Positions 17,994 to 26,836 of a stretch of 64,000 bases of DNA are shown piece by piece. Made by a program: the position numbers and the translations under genes. The DNA is from Candidatus Woesearchaeota archaeon (GTDB lineage: Archaea > Nanobdellota > Nanobdellia > Woesearchaeales > UBA525): positions 16,557 to 80,556 of the forward strand of contig JAPPOH010000006.1 in NCBI GenBank assembly GCA_028818155.1, read 5' to 3'. How positions within the stretch are numbered: position 1 is the stretch's first letter; each line of letters begins with the position of its first letter. The notes under the pieces were generated by a model. It ran no database searches and was not told the origin of the DNA. It saw nothing but the letters and a program-made list of their open reading frames with translations.

Positions 17994-18355
17994 TCCTTCG
18001 CGCTTTTCCACAAAATCTCGAAGAAGTTACAGAACAAGCGTTTCTAGAAGGGCTTGCTGGAACCGTTGGATACACATTCAACATGTGTCATGCTGCCATC
18101 CCATACATGCAACAGCAAAAAACAAGCAGCATCATAAACCTTGGTGATGCCTGTGCGGAGCTCCAAGCAGACATTCTTTCCTATCAAATTGGCAAGCACA
18201 GTGTACTGCTGCTAACAAAAGGATTTGCGCAGGAATATGCGAAAGATGGCATCCGTGTGAACTGTGTCTCCCCTGGAATACTAGAAAATTCTGTGACGAA
18301 AGCACCGCGTGTGATGATTGTTGAGAATAGTGAACTTATCGAGTTCGTTTCCTGA
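17994..18355 (+). pseudogene. 5'-truncated short-chain dehydrogenase/reductase remnant
   Basis: The frame of ORF 18083..18355 stays open back to the cupin stop. It encodes only the SDR middle and C-terminal part (SYQIGKHSVLLLTKGFAQEYAKDGIRVNCVSPG, which is YxxxK plus IRVN.V.PG). There is no Rossmann TGxxxGIG. Confidence 0.6.
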
Positions 18356-19106
18356 ATTTCTCACTCTGCTTCCAAAACTCATCGAAATACGCGTGAAATG
18401 AATCCGCGATCTCTTTGTTGACAATCTCAATCGTAATCGGATTGGAAGAGATAAAACTTATGACAGCAACGTCCTTATATCCCATAAACCAGGATGGCGT
18501 TGTGATCATGAGTGGCATGTACCGTGCATCGCAGCCGTCGTAGGAATTTCTATTTTCTAAGATAGTTTCTTCCGTATCTGGGTGGAAGAGTAACTTGCAC
18601 GTGATACCTGCTTCCGCTCTTCGTATGTGATCTCTCTGCCAGTACGCGTGGAAGTGTGTTGGTTGTGCTGGCGTAATACCGAAGAAGAAGTAGCCCTCGC
18701 CTTTCGAGAGCTTTTGGTACGTGTGTTCGTGTACTGTGATAAGTCCTTTGAAGCCTTGGAAGATTTTGACTTCTGATTCGGGTGCGGATTCTTGGAGGAG
18801 CATGAGCTGCGGGAGGAGGGTTTCAACTTCCTTTCTGTTCTTCTCGAGGCGTTCCTTCCGTTCATCGATGTACTCGAGAATTTTATGCGGCTCTGCTGCC
18901 TGGTAGTACTTCGTCTTTTCTTTTGTGATGTAGGAGACAATCCCTTTCTGCATGAGCTTCTCTAGTATTTGGTAGACGATCGATCGCGCGATTCCTGACT
19001 TCTCGATGATGGGTCCTGTGGTGGAGGATCCGAGTTCTAAGAGTGCGAGATAGACTTTTGTCTCTCCTTCCGTGAGGCCAGCGTTCTTGAGGATTGTGAG
19101 CTCCAT
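18336..19106 (-). CDS. TrmB-family transcriptional regulator (paralog 2)
   Basis: 256 aa. MELTILKNAGLTEGETKVYLALLELGSSTTGPIIEKSGI. C-terminal domain shared with paralog 3. Confidence 0.8.
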   Translation of the reverse strand: MELTILKNAGLTEGETKVYLALLELGSSTTGPIIEKSGIARSIVYQILEKLMQKGIVSYITKEKTKYYQAAEPHKILEYIDERKERLEKNRKEVETLLPQLMLLQESAPESEVKIFQGFKGLITVHEHTYQKLSKGEGYFFFGITPAQPTHFHAYWQRDHIRRAEAGITCKLLFHPDTEETILENRNSYDGCDARYMPLMITTPSWFMGYKDVAVISFISSNPITIEIVNKEIADSFHAYFDEFWKQSEKFRKRTR

Positions 19107-19189
19107 ATCTGTTTTTTGTCGTCGATCCCTTATAAACGTTTCTATTTACCTACCAGCACTGGTGTGCTAATATTTATACTAGTTAAAAT

Positions 19190-19203
19190 TCACTGATAAG
19201 TGA
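19190..19203. promoter_or_regulatory. inverted repeat TCACT-GATA-AGTGA downstream of the TATA of the 19223 operon
   Basis: Read directly. Shares the core ACTGAWWAGTG with the sites at 17081 and 21947. Confidence 0.4.
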
Positions 19204-19222
19204 TAACAAAGGGGTGAATACA

Positions 19223-19531
19223 ATGACAGATTACGAACAAGCTTACGAACGAGCACAAAGGACCGCAGATAGACTGCTCAACTATCCTACCTTTGATACA
19301 GTACACAGGAGCGTTGCCTTCAGGTGTTTCAAGAGAAACGAAGATCCTGCAGCTACCAAGTTACTCGAAAGAGTTGCACCTAGCGCAAGACCCGATGATC
19401 CTGTTGGAAGAACTTGCGATTTCGCAGTAAAAGAACTCATTGACAAACTTGCGTTCGGCAACCTCAACCTTGAAACGTATGTGCAGATCGCAGAAGGAAC
19501 ACATCCTGCGCTCAAGGAGGTGCCAAAATGA
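19223..19531 (+). CDS. hypothetical protein
   Basis: ATG at 19223 preceded by SD GGGGTGA at 6 nt. Divergent from TrmB paralog 2. No family recognised. Confidence 0.5.
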   Translation: MTDYEQAYERAQRTADRLLNYPTFDTVHRSVAFRCFKRNEDPAATKLLERVAPSARPDDPVGRTCDFAVKELIDKLAFGNLNLETYVQIAEGTHPALKEVPK

Positions 19532-19986
19532 AAAGAAATTTCAGAAGACGAATCAAGAATAATATCGCAGAAACACGCGCGCTCACAGATGAGCAGCTAC
19601 GATACGTTGCTGCATCAGATTGTCAAAATTCTTCACTTCTTGGCCTTGAAACTGTTACCGCAATGAGCCAGAATGGAGATCCGGCTGCGCAAGCGCTCGA
19701 AAATTATCAATCAGATATTTACGGAGGTGATCATTCTCGAGAAACACTTCTTGAGGTTAACCGTCTTCGAAGCAAGTATCTTCATCTTGAGGAAAGGTTT
19801 GGAAAACGACAGATCGGGCGGGAAGAATACATACAACTCGTCATGCGAGAGCACCCAGTGCAGCTCGCTCTGTTAGAGCATCAGCGAAAGGAGTTCGAGC
19901 CATATGACTTTCGACAGGATGGGGATCTCCCTGAAGACACACAAGCAGTTCCTATGCCTACTCCAAGCAAAGGAGGTGCAGAATGA
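19528..19986 (+). CDS. hypothetical protein
   Basis: 152 aa with a 4-nt overlap with the upstream ORF. No family recognised. Confidence 0.5.
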   Translation: MKRNFRRRIKNNIAETRALTDEQLRYVAASDCQNSSLLGLETVTAMSQNGDPAAQALENYQSDIYGGDHSRETLLEVNRLRSKYLHLEERFGKRQIGREEYIQLVMREHPVQLALLEHQRKEFEPYDFRQDGDLPEDTQAVPMPTPSKGGAE

Positions 19987-20038
19987 AGTCCAAGCGAAAA
20001 GTCAACAGGTATGATTACTTGCCAATTCGGGTGATCTC

Positions 20039-21115
20039 ATGAGATACCTCCTCGTGCTCCTCTTTTTAGTAAGCTGCACACCAGTAGACAACACTATCGA
20101 GATCGGCGCTATCCTCACACTTTCAGGGAGTGGTGCACACTGGGGTGAAGGCTCACAGCAGGGCGCAGAGCTCGCAGTGCAAGAAATCAATGCAGCAGGC
20201 GGTGTAAACGGAAAACAACTTCGTATTTCGTACGAAGACAATCGAAATAGCGACGGAAAGAACGCCGTCGCAGCACTCAGAAAACTCCTGTATGAAGACA
20301 AAAACATCATCCTTGGTCCAACGTGGACACCACCAGGCCTTGCCATTGCACCCATCGCGTGCGAAGAACAAACACTCATGATCTCGCCGACACTCGGCGT
20401 TGCAGAGTTCAACGAGCTGTGTGACACAAACTTCAACCTCTGGTTGCACGACTTCCTCATCAGTGAGGAGCTCGGCCAGTATTTGTATGACAAAGGGTAC
20501 AGAAAGATCGCGATTGTCAGCTCACTCCAAGCATGGGAGCAAGAGCAAGCGTACGCTGTCAAGCGAGGCTACGAGCGTGCTGGCGGCACCGTTGCCGCGT
20601 TTGAGCTCGCCGATAAAAATGAAATGGACTACCTTGCTGAAGCAACGAAAATCACTATGAGTGATCCTGATGCTGTCGTCTTCACGAACATCGCGTTCCA
20701 GCACATCACTGCGAAACGACTCCATGAGCTCGGCGAGGACGCGCCGTTCTACTCAGTGCTCATGGACGATGAGCGCATAAAGGGAGCGGATGGCGCCTTT
20801 GAAAACACCGTTGTAATTACATCGTTCACGCCAAGCGACGAATTCAAGGAGAAGTTCAGAGCAACATATGGCAAGGAAGCAGATCTTGGAAGTGACACCG
20901 CGTATGACGCGATCCACCTCCTCGCGAGAGCGATGCGAGCAACAAACTCCGAAGATACTGTGCAAGTCGCAGCACACTTGAACACCGTACGCATCTACAC
21001 TGGCGCATCTGGAACGTTAGTCTTCGACGGCAAAGGTGGCGTCACGAAAGAGCCGAAGTATATGGTCGTCAAGAATGGAAAGCTCGCCCCGCTTTCTTCG
21101 ATTTCTTTTTTGTAA
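20039..21115 (+). CDS. ABC transporter substrate-binding lipoprotein, LivJ/branched-chain amino acid type
   Basis: 358 aa. MRYLLVLLFLVSC lipobox signal. IEIGAILTLSGSGAHWGEGSQQGAELAVQEINAAGGVNGKQL is typical of the Peripla_BP_6 family. Confidence 0.8.
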   Translation: MRYLLVLLFLVSCTPVDNTIEIGAILTLSGSGAHWGEGSQQGAELAVQEINAAGGVNGKQLRISYEDNRNSDGKNAVAALRKLLYEDKNIILGPTWTPPGLAIAPIACEEQTLMISPTLGVAEFNELCDTNFNLWLHDFLISEELGQYLYDKGYRKIAIVSSLQAWEQEQAYAVKRGYERAGGTVAAFELADKNEMDYLAEATKITMSDPDAVVFTNIAFQHITAKRLHELGEDAPFYSVLMDDERIKGADGAFENTVVITSFTPSDEFKEKFRATYGKEADLGSDTAYDAIHLLARAMRATNSEDTVQVAAHLNTVRIYTGASGTLVFDGKGGVTKEPKYMVVKNGKLAPLSSISFL

Positions 21116-21935
21116 ATCTTCTACTTTTCTTCCAGAACTCGTCAAAGTATGCCATGAATGCATCAGCAATCTCTTGGCTGACGATTTCCACTGCAATCGG
21201 ATGAATGCTTGGGATTGCGATCATTACTGTATCTTTGTAGATCATGAAATATGATGGTGTTTGTGTATCCACCGGCATGTACCGTGCATCACACCCTTTG
21301 TACCCGTTTCTGTTTTCAAGTGTTGCAGCAGGCGTCCCAATGTTAAAAAGGAGTTTGCATGAAACCCCTGCTTCTATTCGTTTAAGGTGGTCTCGATTCC
21401 AGTATGCATGGTGTGCATCAGGTTGCGCAGGCGGAATGCCAAAATAATGGTAGCATTCGCCTCTTGTGAGCTTTTCATACACGTGTTCATGTGCTGTTTG
21501 AATGCCCTTCAAACCCTGATAGATTGCGACGTGTCGCTCATTGCTTTTCTCATCGTAGTATGCCTCTAATTCAGGAAGAAATTGCTGGAAATTTTTTTCT
21601 AATTGTGTGAGCTCATCTTTCTTTCGCTCGATGTAGTCAGTGATCTTCCCTGGTTGCGCCGCTTGAAACTTCAGAACGCCCTTTTCTTCTACATGGGAAA
21701 CCATGCCTCGTTTCTCGAGCTTATCCAAAATAATGTAGAGTTTACTCCTACTCACACCAGATACTTTCGCAATAGGTCCAGTACTACTAGGTCCAGTTTG
21801 CAAGAGCGCAAGGTACGTTTTGATTTCTCCTTGTGTAAGTCCTAGTTGCTCGAAAATCTCTGTATTCACGAGTATAGAGTCGCCATCACTCTTTAAGTAA
21901 TTTTCTTTTGTGTCCCACCAAGGGGAACACAGCAT
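21069..21935 (-). CDS. TrmB-family transcriptional regulator (paralog 3)
   Basis: 288 aa as called. FEQLGLTQGEIKTYLALLQTGPSSTGPIAKVSGV. The true start may be the GTG at 21869, which aligns with the other paralogs. Confidence 0.75.
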   Translation of the reverse strand: MLCSPWWDTKENYLKSDGDSILVNTEIFEQLGLTQGEIKTYLALLQTGPSSTGPIAKVSGVSRSKLYIILDKLEKRGMVSHVEEKGVLKFQAAQPGKITDYIERKKDELTQLEKNFQQFLPELEAYYDEKSNERHVAIYQGLKGIQTAHEHVYEKLTRGECYHYFGIPPAQPDAHHAYWNRDHLKRIEAGVSCKLLFNIGTPAATLENRNGYKGCDARYMPVDTQTPSYFMIYKDTVMIAIPSIHPIAVEIVSQEIADAFMAYFDEFWKKSRRFTKKKSKKAGRAFHS

Positions 21936-21946
21936 TGATATACTAT

Positions 21947-21964
21947 AACTACTGAAAAGTAGTT
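21947..21964. promoter_or_regulatory. inverted repeat AACTACT-GAAA-AGTAGTT in the divergent TrmB/bicupin control region
   Basis: Read directly. It sits immediately downstream of TATA gatatactataa. Confidence 0.45.
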
Positions 21965-22022
21965 ATTGAAAATCGTATACCGATGAACAAAGAATGAAAG
22001 CAATCAGTACAGGGGTGAAACA

Positions 22023-22808
22023 ATGAGAAAAGAAATCAAAGAGAGAACTGACAACAGTCCAGAACACGACGTCATGCAAGCGCTAGGAAATCTTCACTCA
22101 CGAGGAAGACATGTTTTTCATGGTGCAAGAACAGATGTATTCGGTCCGCTTGACGCGACAACACTTCGTAAAGGATTTGTGCACGAAATGCAAATCAAAT
22201 ACCAAGAGGTGCGTGGACAAGGTCGCCTGCCACAGAGCGAGCATGGATTGAACATCATCCTTGCAGGAGAAGGGCAAGTTCCTCCATACCTCGACGATGG
22301 TGACTTCAAGAATACGGTAGAAGCAGGGGACTGCATCACCAACAAAAGCGGGATCTATTATCTCGAGAGTGTAACTGATAGTCCGCTCCGTGTTGTGACC
22401 CTTGATTTCAGACCACCAGAGGACAATCACACAACCCATCCTGAAGTCCGAAATGCAATAGCACGCGTACTGGAGAAGAATCAGCACACAATAATACCTC
22501 GCGGCGCATGGTACACAGGGTATGAAACTGTGCAGCATGCCGCGTACTCCTTGATAGGTCCACGCGTCACCCCACATGAAGGAACACACGTCACCATCTA
22601 CAACAGAGAACTCCATCAGGAGTGCCAAGAAGGGCCTGCAGGGCAACTTATTGGTATCGTCTATGAAGGAACTGGCAATATGACTGAAAGGACAAGAACG
22701 ACACCTCTCGCACGAGGAGATGTGTTCATAACGGGAACGACACCCGTACAATTTGCGGCACCTGAGAAATTGTCGTACGTAGCTCTCGGATTTAACAGAC
22801 GAGGATAA
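22023..22808 (+). CDS. bicupin-like protein (paralog 2)
   Basis: 261 aa. SD GGGGTGA 5 nt upstream. VEAGDCITNKSG and ARGDVFITGTTPVQFAAP align with paralog 1. Confidence 0.6.
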   Translation: MRKEIKERTDNSPEHDVMQALGNLHSRGRHVFHGARTDVFGPLDATTLRKGFVHEMQIKYQEVRGQGRLPQSEHGLNIILAGEGQVPPYLDDGDFKNTVEAGDCITNKSGIYYLESVTDSPLRVVTLDFRPPEDNHTTHPEVRNAIARVLEKNQHTIIPRGAWYTGYETVQHAAYSLIGPRVTPHEGTHVTIYNRELHQECQEGPAGQLIGIVYEGTGNMTERTRTTPLARGDVFITGTTPVQFAAPEKLSYVALGFNRRG

Positions 22809-22916
22809 AGGGACCTGATACAACCCCCATCTCCCTCTATTCATGCTATATATACAGAATAGAGCAAACCATTATATAGTTCCTAATATATACTTTTGAA
22901 CAGGGGGGTCGAGAAC

Positions 22917-23027
22917 ATGTCAGAAGAAGAACCACAAGAAGAATTCAGCGAGGATGAACCACACCTCGTAGAAGAAAAGAAAGAGCGTCCAAGCTACGAC
23001 AGCGTACGCATCAATCTAGTAAACTAA
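22917..23027 (+). CDS. possible small acidic protein (36 aa)
   Basis: My translation is MSEEEPQEEFSEDEPHLVEEKKERPSYDSVRINLVN. A G-rich SD-like GGGGGG lies upstream. Support is the open frame only. Confidence 0.25.
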   Translation: MSEEEPQEEFSEDEPHLVEEKKERPSYDSVRINLVN

Positions 23028-23054
23028 TATAAACTGACGAGTAGTCCTCATACC

Positions 23055-24326
23055 ATGGACGAACTGTTTCAGCAAGCTGCAGATACAATACAGGCAGCAA
23101 ATGAGATCACTATCATCAGCCACGCAGATGCAGACGGCATATGCGCAACGGCACTTCTCGAGGAGCATCTCGACCAGCTCCACAAACAATTCTCGACGAT
23201 CTTTCTCCAACAAGTCAGCACCGTGGGCCTTGCGCATTTAGCGAGGAAAACATCAGGGTTAGTCCTCTTCGTCGATATGGGCTCCTCACATTTAGAAGCA
23301 ATTACACGACACTTCCCCGATGCAGTCATAGTTGACCACCACAAGCCTGAAGGAAGCACGAAACAGCTCCTCGTGAACCCGTGGACTGCAGCACTGGATG
23401 GCACGAAAGACGCGTGTGCCGCTTCCTTAGCGTGGAAAATCGCCGCAGTGCACGGGAAACCTGCAGCAACCACCGCACTCATAGGAGCACAGGCAGACAA
23501 TCAGGAGCCGTTCAGGACGTACAACAAAGAAGTACTCGACGCTGCCGTCAAGAAAGGCAATGTCACGCCACGTGAAGGAGCTCGACTATATGGTATCTCC
23601 ACGAAGCCACTCGTACCCCTCTTAGCCTTCTCGTATGATTTAGCGATCGAGGGCGTCACGAAGAACACGGCAGGTGCGAAGAAATTTCTGCAGGAGTTAG
23701 GCATCAGTACAGAGGGGTCGTTCAGCGACCTTACCGAGGAGGAGCAGCAGCAGCTGGAAGCAGCGCTCATCGAGAAAAGCACGCATCCCGAGCCAAAGAT
23801 CACACATTATCATATGCCACACGGCGAAGGGCCGCTCAAAGATACACGAGAAGCGGCTACCCTCTTAAACGCATGCGGACGCATGGGGCAGCCAGAGCTT
23901 GCCGTGCAACTCTTGCGTGGTTTCGCGACGATTGAACAGTGCCAAAAAGTGCAGCGGCAGTACAAGACTGCCGTGAAGGAAGCGCACCAGACGTACAAAG
24001 AGATGGACCTCACTGAGGGGAAGGATTTGTTGATTATCAACGCGAAAGAGTTCCTCCTGCCAAGTATTGCAGGGACGCTCTGCTCTGTGCTCACGCGAGG
24101 ACGGGAAGTCCCCTCAGACACTGTTGTCGTGTGTTTAGCTCGGAATCAAGATGGAACGAACACGACGAAAGTTTCCTCCAGAACGCTTTCCACGAGGAAG
24201 GACCTTGCTTCCTGGCTACGGAAAGCTGCTGCTTCCGTCGGCGGCGAGGGCGGCGGACACTCCATGGCCGCTGGTGCAGTGATTCCGACGGAGCAGGAAG
24301 AGGCGTTTGTGAAGGCGCTACTATAG
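23055..24326 (+). CDS. DHH/DHHA1 phosphoesterase, archaeal RecJ-like nuclease
   Basis: 423 aa. ISHADADGICA (DHH motifs I-II). VVDHHKP (DHH). C-terminal GGGHSMAAGA (DHHA1). Confidence 0.75.
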   Translation: MDELFQQAADTIQAANEITIISHADADGICATALLEEHLDQLHKQFSTIFLQQVSTVGLAHLARKTSGLVLFVDMGSSHLEAITRHFPDAVIVDHHKPEGSTKQLLVNPWTAALDGTKDACAASLAWKIAAVHGKPAATTALIGAQADNQEPFRTYNKEVLDAAVKKGNVTPREGARLYGISTKPLVPLLAFSYDLAIEGVTKNTAGAKKFLQELGISTEGSFSDLTEEEQQQLEAALIEKSTHPEPKITHYHMPHGEGPLKDTREAATLLNACGRMGQPELAVQLLRGFATIEQCQKVQRQYKTAVKEAHQTYKEMDLTEGKDLLIINAKEFLLPSIAGTLCSVLTRGREVPSDTVVVCLARNQDGTNTTKVSSRTLSTRKDLASWLRKAAASVGGEGGGHSMAAGAVIPTEQEEAFVKALL

Positions 24327-24611
24327 CACTTTTCGCGCGGTCTCCATTGACGCCTTTGCATCCTCAAGCGTAAGGTGGTGAGATATATTGTACTCAGCAA
24401 GTAAGTCGAAAAACTCACTGAGCGTTACTCCTGCGAGTTTCGCGCCGAGGCCGATGCTCACTTTTTTCTCTCGGAACAATTGCAATGCTTTCATCTTCTT
24501 TCCTTCATCAAGAAGCTCTCGAATCACACCCGATCTGTTCTCTTTGAGCAAGTCACGAAATGAGTCAAGCCCCTCTACTTCTTTTACCCGTACTGAGACC
24601 ATTTCCATCAT
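24321..24611 (-). CDS. UPF0175-family antitoxin-like protein
   Basis: 96 aa. KVSIGLGAKLAGVTLSEFFDLLAEYNI is typical of UPF0175. Overlaps the PIN gene by 4 nt. Confidence 0.6.
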   Translation of the reverse strand: MMEMVSVRVKEVEGLDSFRDLLKENRSGVIRELLDEGKKMKALQLFREKKVSIGLGAKLAGVTLSEFFDLLAEYNISHHLTLEDAKASMETARKVL

Positions 24612-25090
24612 ATCACCTGACTAGCGTAGTATTCGTAAACATGTTGCGCATATCTTCCATAGAACTTGAGTTTTTTTAGCTTTTCGATTGCAGCTTCCTT
24701 TGTGAGCTTCTTTTGTTCGAAAAGTCTTACAACAACAGCGAGTGCGTTAAGAAATTCTATCCCCTCAATCTTACAGAGTTTGATAAGCTCGCGATCATCT
24801 GCAAGTATCACCCCGCCTTCTTTCTTCCACAAGACGTATGTTGCAGCTTCTCCAACATCCATTCGAAAATCGAGCAATATCTCACCCACAGTGCTTGTGT
24901 CTGTACGTTTTACCTTGATCAACCCATCCCCTATCGCTTTTTGAATAAGTTTCGCATCGAAGAGTTCTTTCTTCACAAGTATCTCTTCCTCGACGATTCT
25001 GGGTATACTTACTCTTTTATTCTCAAGAAATGTGCGGAGAACTGTCACTTTCGCGAGCAAGATAAGCGTTGATGCGTTCGAAACTATCAT
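24608..25090 (-). CDS. PIN-like (DUF3368-type) nuclease, putative toxin
   Basis: 160 aa. MIVSNASTLILLAK ... VGEAATYVL ... ILADDRELIKLCKIEGIEF pattern. Own TATA ctaatataatac about 25 nt upstream. Confidence 0.6.
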   Translation of the reverse strand: MIVSNASTLILLAKVTVLRTFLENKRVSIPRIVEEEILVKKELFDAKLIQKAIGDGLIKVKRTDTSTVGEILLDFRMDVGEAATYVLWKKEGGVILADDRELIKLCKIEGIEFLNALAVVVRLFEQKKLTKEAAIEKLKKLKFYGRYAQHVYEYYASQVI

Positions 25091-25260
25091 TGTATTACGT
25101 TTGTAGACATTTGTATTATATTAGTCTTTCTGCCGCACATAGTCCAAGAGTCGTTTTATTGTGTCGCTGTGTTTCTCGCCTTCTTTCATAAAACTCTCAA
25201 TTTGCTCCTTCGTTTTTTCCTAATCCTTACAGTTGACACGCTGACAGAAATACCTACTGC

Positions 25261-25291
25261 AATATAAACTTTTCTCCATAATGTCCAGTGG
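25261..25291 (-). promoter_or_regulatory. promoter-like unit with conserved box (site f)
   Basis: Minus-strand read CCACTGGACATTATGGAGAAAAGTTTATATT. Box-to-TATA spacing is the same as sites c-e. It lies about 170 nt upstream of the PIN/UPF0175 operon. Confidence 0.45.
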
Positions 25292-25297
25292 TGGAAG

Positions 25298-25597
25298 CTA
25301 TCGAAACTGACGTGTTTGTCGTTCACAAAGTTGTGCCAGCAAAAGGTTTCCGTCGGGCGATCTGCCGCTTTTTGTATCAAGCGCAGCCGCGAAGCAGTGA
25401 AAATCCGTCATCGCGCCGAAATGTAGCATAAGTGATTGGTCTGCAAAAGGTGGAAACACAGCCGCTTCTCGACGATAGACGCCCGCCTCCCATGCAAGAA
25501 ATCGCATGTAACCATCAATGTGGGAAGAAGGTGTCTCAAGTGCCTCCTCATACACGTCGTGAACTGTGCTCATGACATGCGGAGTGCACAGCAGCAT
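25298..25597 (-). CDS. hypothetical protein
   Basis: 99-aa ORF. No family recognised. Confidence 0.4.
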   Translation of the reverse strand: MLLCTPHVMSTVHDVYEEALETPSSHIDGYMRFLAWEAGVYRREAAVFPPFADQSLMLHFGAMTDFHCFAAALDTKSGRSPDGNLLLAQLCERQTRQFR

Positions 25598-25713
25598 AAA
25601 AAACCTTTTTATTTTCTCTATTGTAAAAAATAATGAATAGACGATACAATTAGTGTTACTTTATAGTAGTAATAAATCAAAACATTTATATAGGAGTACT
25701 CTTCAGTAAGAAC

Positions 25714-26226
25714 ATGAAAGTCATTCCAGTGTTTGGGGGAATCGCACTGTTCGTCTTTGGCTTGCTTGCTGGCATGTACGCCACAAGCGCCTCTGACGAC
25801 GGCTGGGTCGAGACGCCAGATGAACTACTCTTTGACGTCTTTGCACCCGTCGACAAGGACGTACCGACCCCAAGCGATCATATTCCAGAATCAGGCATTA
25901 AAGTCTGGCGCGACCGCGTCGTCTTCGACGTGCAAGATGCACAGTGGGCGAAGTTCGCAGATACGGGAAGTATGCTTCCCACCTTCGGCAAGGACGCGAA
26001 CGCAATTCAGTTCGTGCCACGAGATGAAGCAGACGTGTCTGTCGGTGATATCTGTAGTTACCGAAGCGACTATGCTGACGGATTCATCATCCATAGAATC
26101 ATCGAAGAAGGTGTGGATGCACAAGGGAAATATTATAAGTTCAAAGGAGATAACCTTCGTACAGCAGACCCAGGCAAGGTTCGTTTTGATCAACTCGAAC
26201 GCTGCGTCTTAGCGATTGTGTATTAA
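25714..26226 (+). CDS. signal peptidase I (S26 family)
   Basis: 170 aa. N-terminal TM helix. DTGSMLPTF Ser motif. GDICSY...FIIHRII...YKFKGDN boxes. TATA catttatata about 25 nt upstream. Confidence 0.75.
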   Translation: MKVIPVFGGIALFVFGLLAGMYATSASDDGWVETPDELLFDVFAPVDKDVPTPSDHIPESGIKVWRDRVVFDVQDAQWAKFADTGSMLPTFGKDANAIQFVPRDEADVSVGDICSYRSDYADGFIIHRIIEEGVDAQGKYYKFKGDNLRTADPGKVRFDQLERCVLAIVY

Positions 26227-26227
26227 G

Positions 26228-26803
26228 ATGACACTACCACAAGTAGAAGGAACAAGGTCCAGTGACGCATCACTCCAAGAACGGTGTAATGTGCATCTTT
26301 ATTCTGAGACTCAAGGGCTAACTCGAGTCAGAGCGAACAACTATCTTGCTTGGCGACTTGGTTTTCCAGATAAAGGATCGAAATTTGAAAGAAAGTTGGG
26401 AGCCGCAAAGTACGCATTTCGTCTTCCGATCGTGAATATTCCTCTCGCACATCTTGCACTTACAAAAAAACTTCTTCCAGAAGGGTATAACGCGTTGCTT
26501 ATCGAGCGAGCAGGAGCGCTCAGTCCAAAATTCATAGGTGAAATCGCATATCAATTACATGGTTCCGGAGCTGAACGAGAAATGCATGTTTTTTCTGTAC
26601 GTGTACATCCTGATTATGAAGGGCACAAACTGGGATCCAGATTGCAAGACGAGTCAATAGCTGTTGCAAGAATGCAAGGAATACCTACCTGGGTTTTTGG
26701 AGAGGGAAACAATGATGCTGCAAAGCACATGTTTAGACGATACACAAAGCAAAAAGATGATGTCACAGTAGTTGGTGCGAATACGCTCCGCATTCTCGAT
26801 TGA
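26228..26803 (+). CDS. GNAT-like acetyltransferase (tentative)
   Basis: VFSVRVHPDYEGHKLGSRLQDESIAVARMQG resembles GNAT motif A. The start is uncertain (26216 or 26228). Confidence 0.4.
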   Translation: MTLPQVEGTRSSDASLQERCNVHLYSETQGLTRVRANNYLAWRLGFPDKGSKFERKLGAAKYAFRLPIVNIPLAHLALTKKLLPEGYNALLIERAGALSPKFIGEIAYQLHGSGAEREMHVFSVRVHPDYEGHKLGSRLQDESIAVARMQGIPTWVFGEGNNDAAKHMFRRYTKQKDDVTVVGANTLRILD

Positions 26804-26836
26804 AACCTTTTTATACAGAAGAGCATCGCTCACAGC

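Noticed and set aside
19157-19167. CACTGGTGTGC next to the TATA of the 19223 operon, and GACTGGTGAAC downstream of the purF TATA near 9835-9850
   Set aside because: Only the CACTGG/GACTGG core matches. Spacing to the TATA differs (about 12 nt upstream, and downstream, respectively), and the 3' half diverges. These are probably chance matches.
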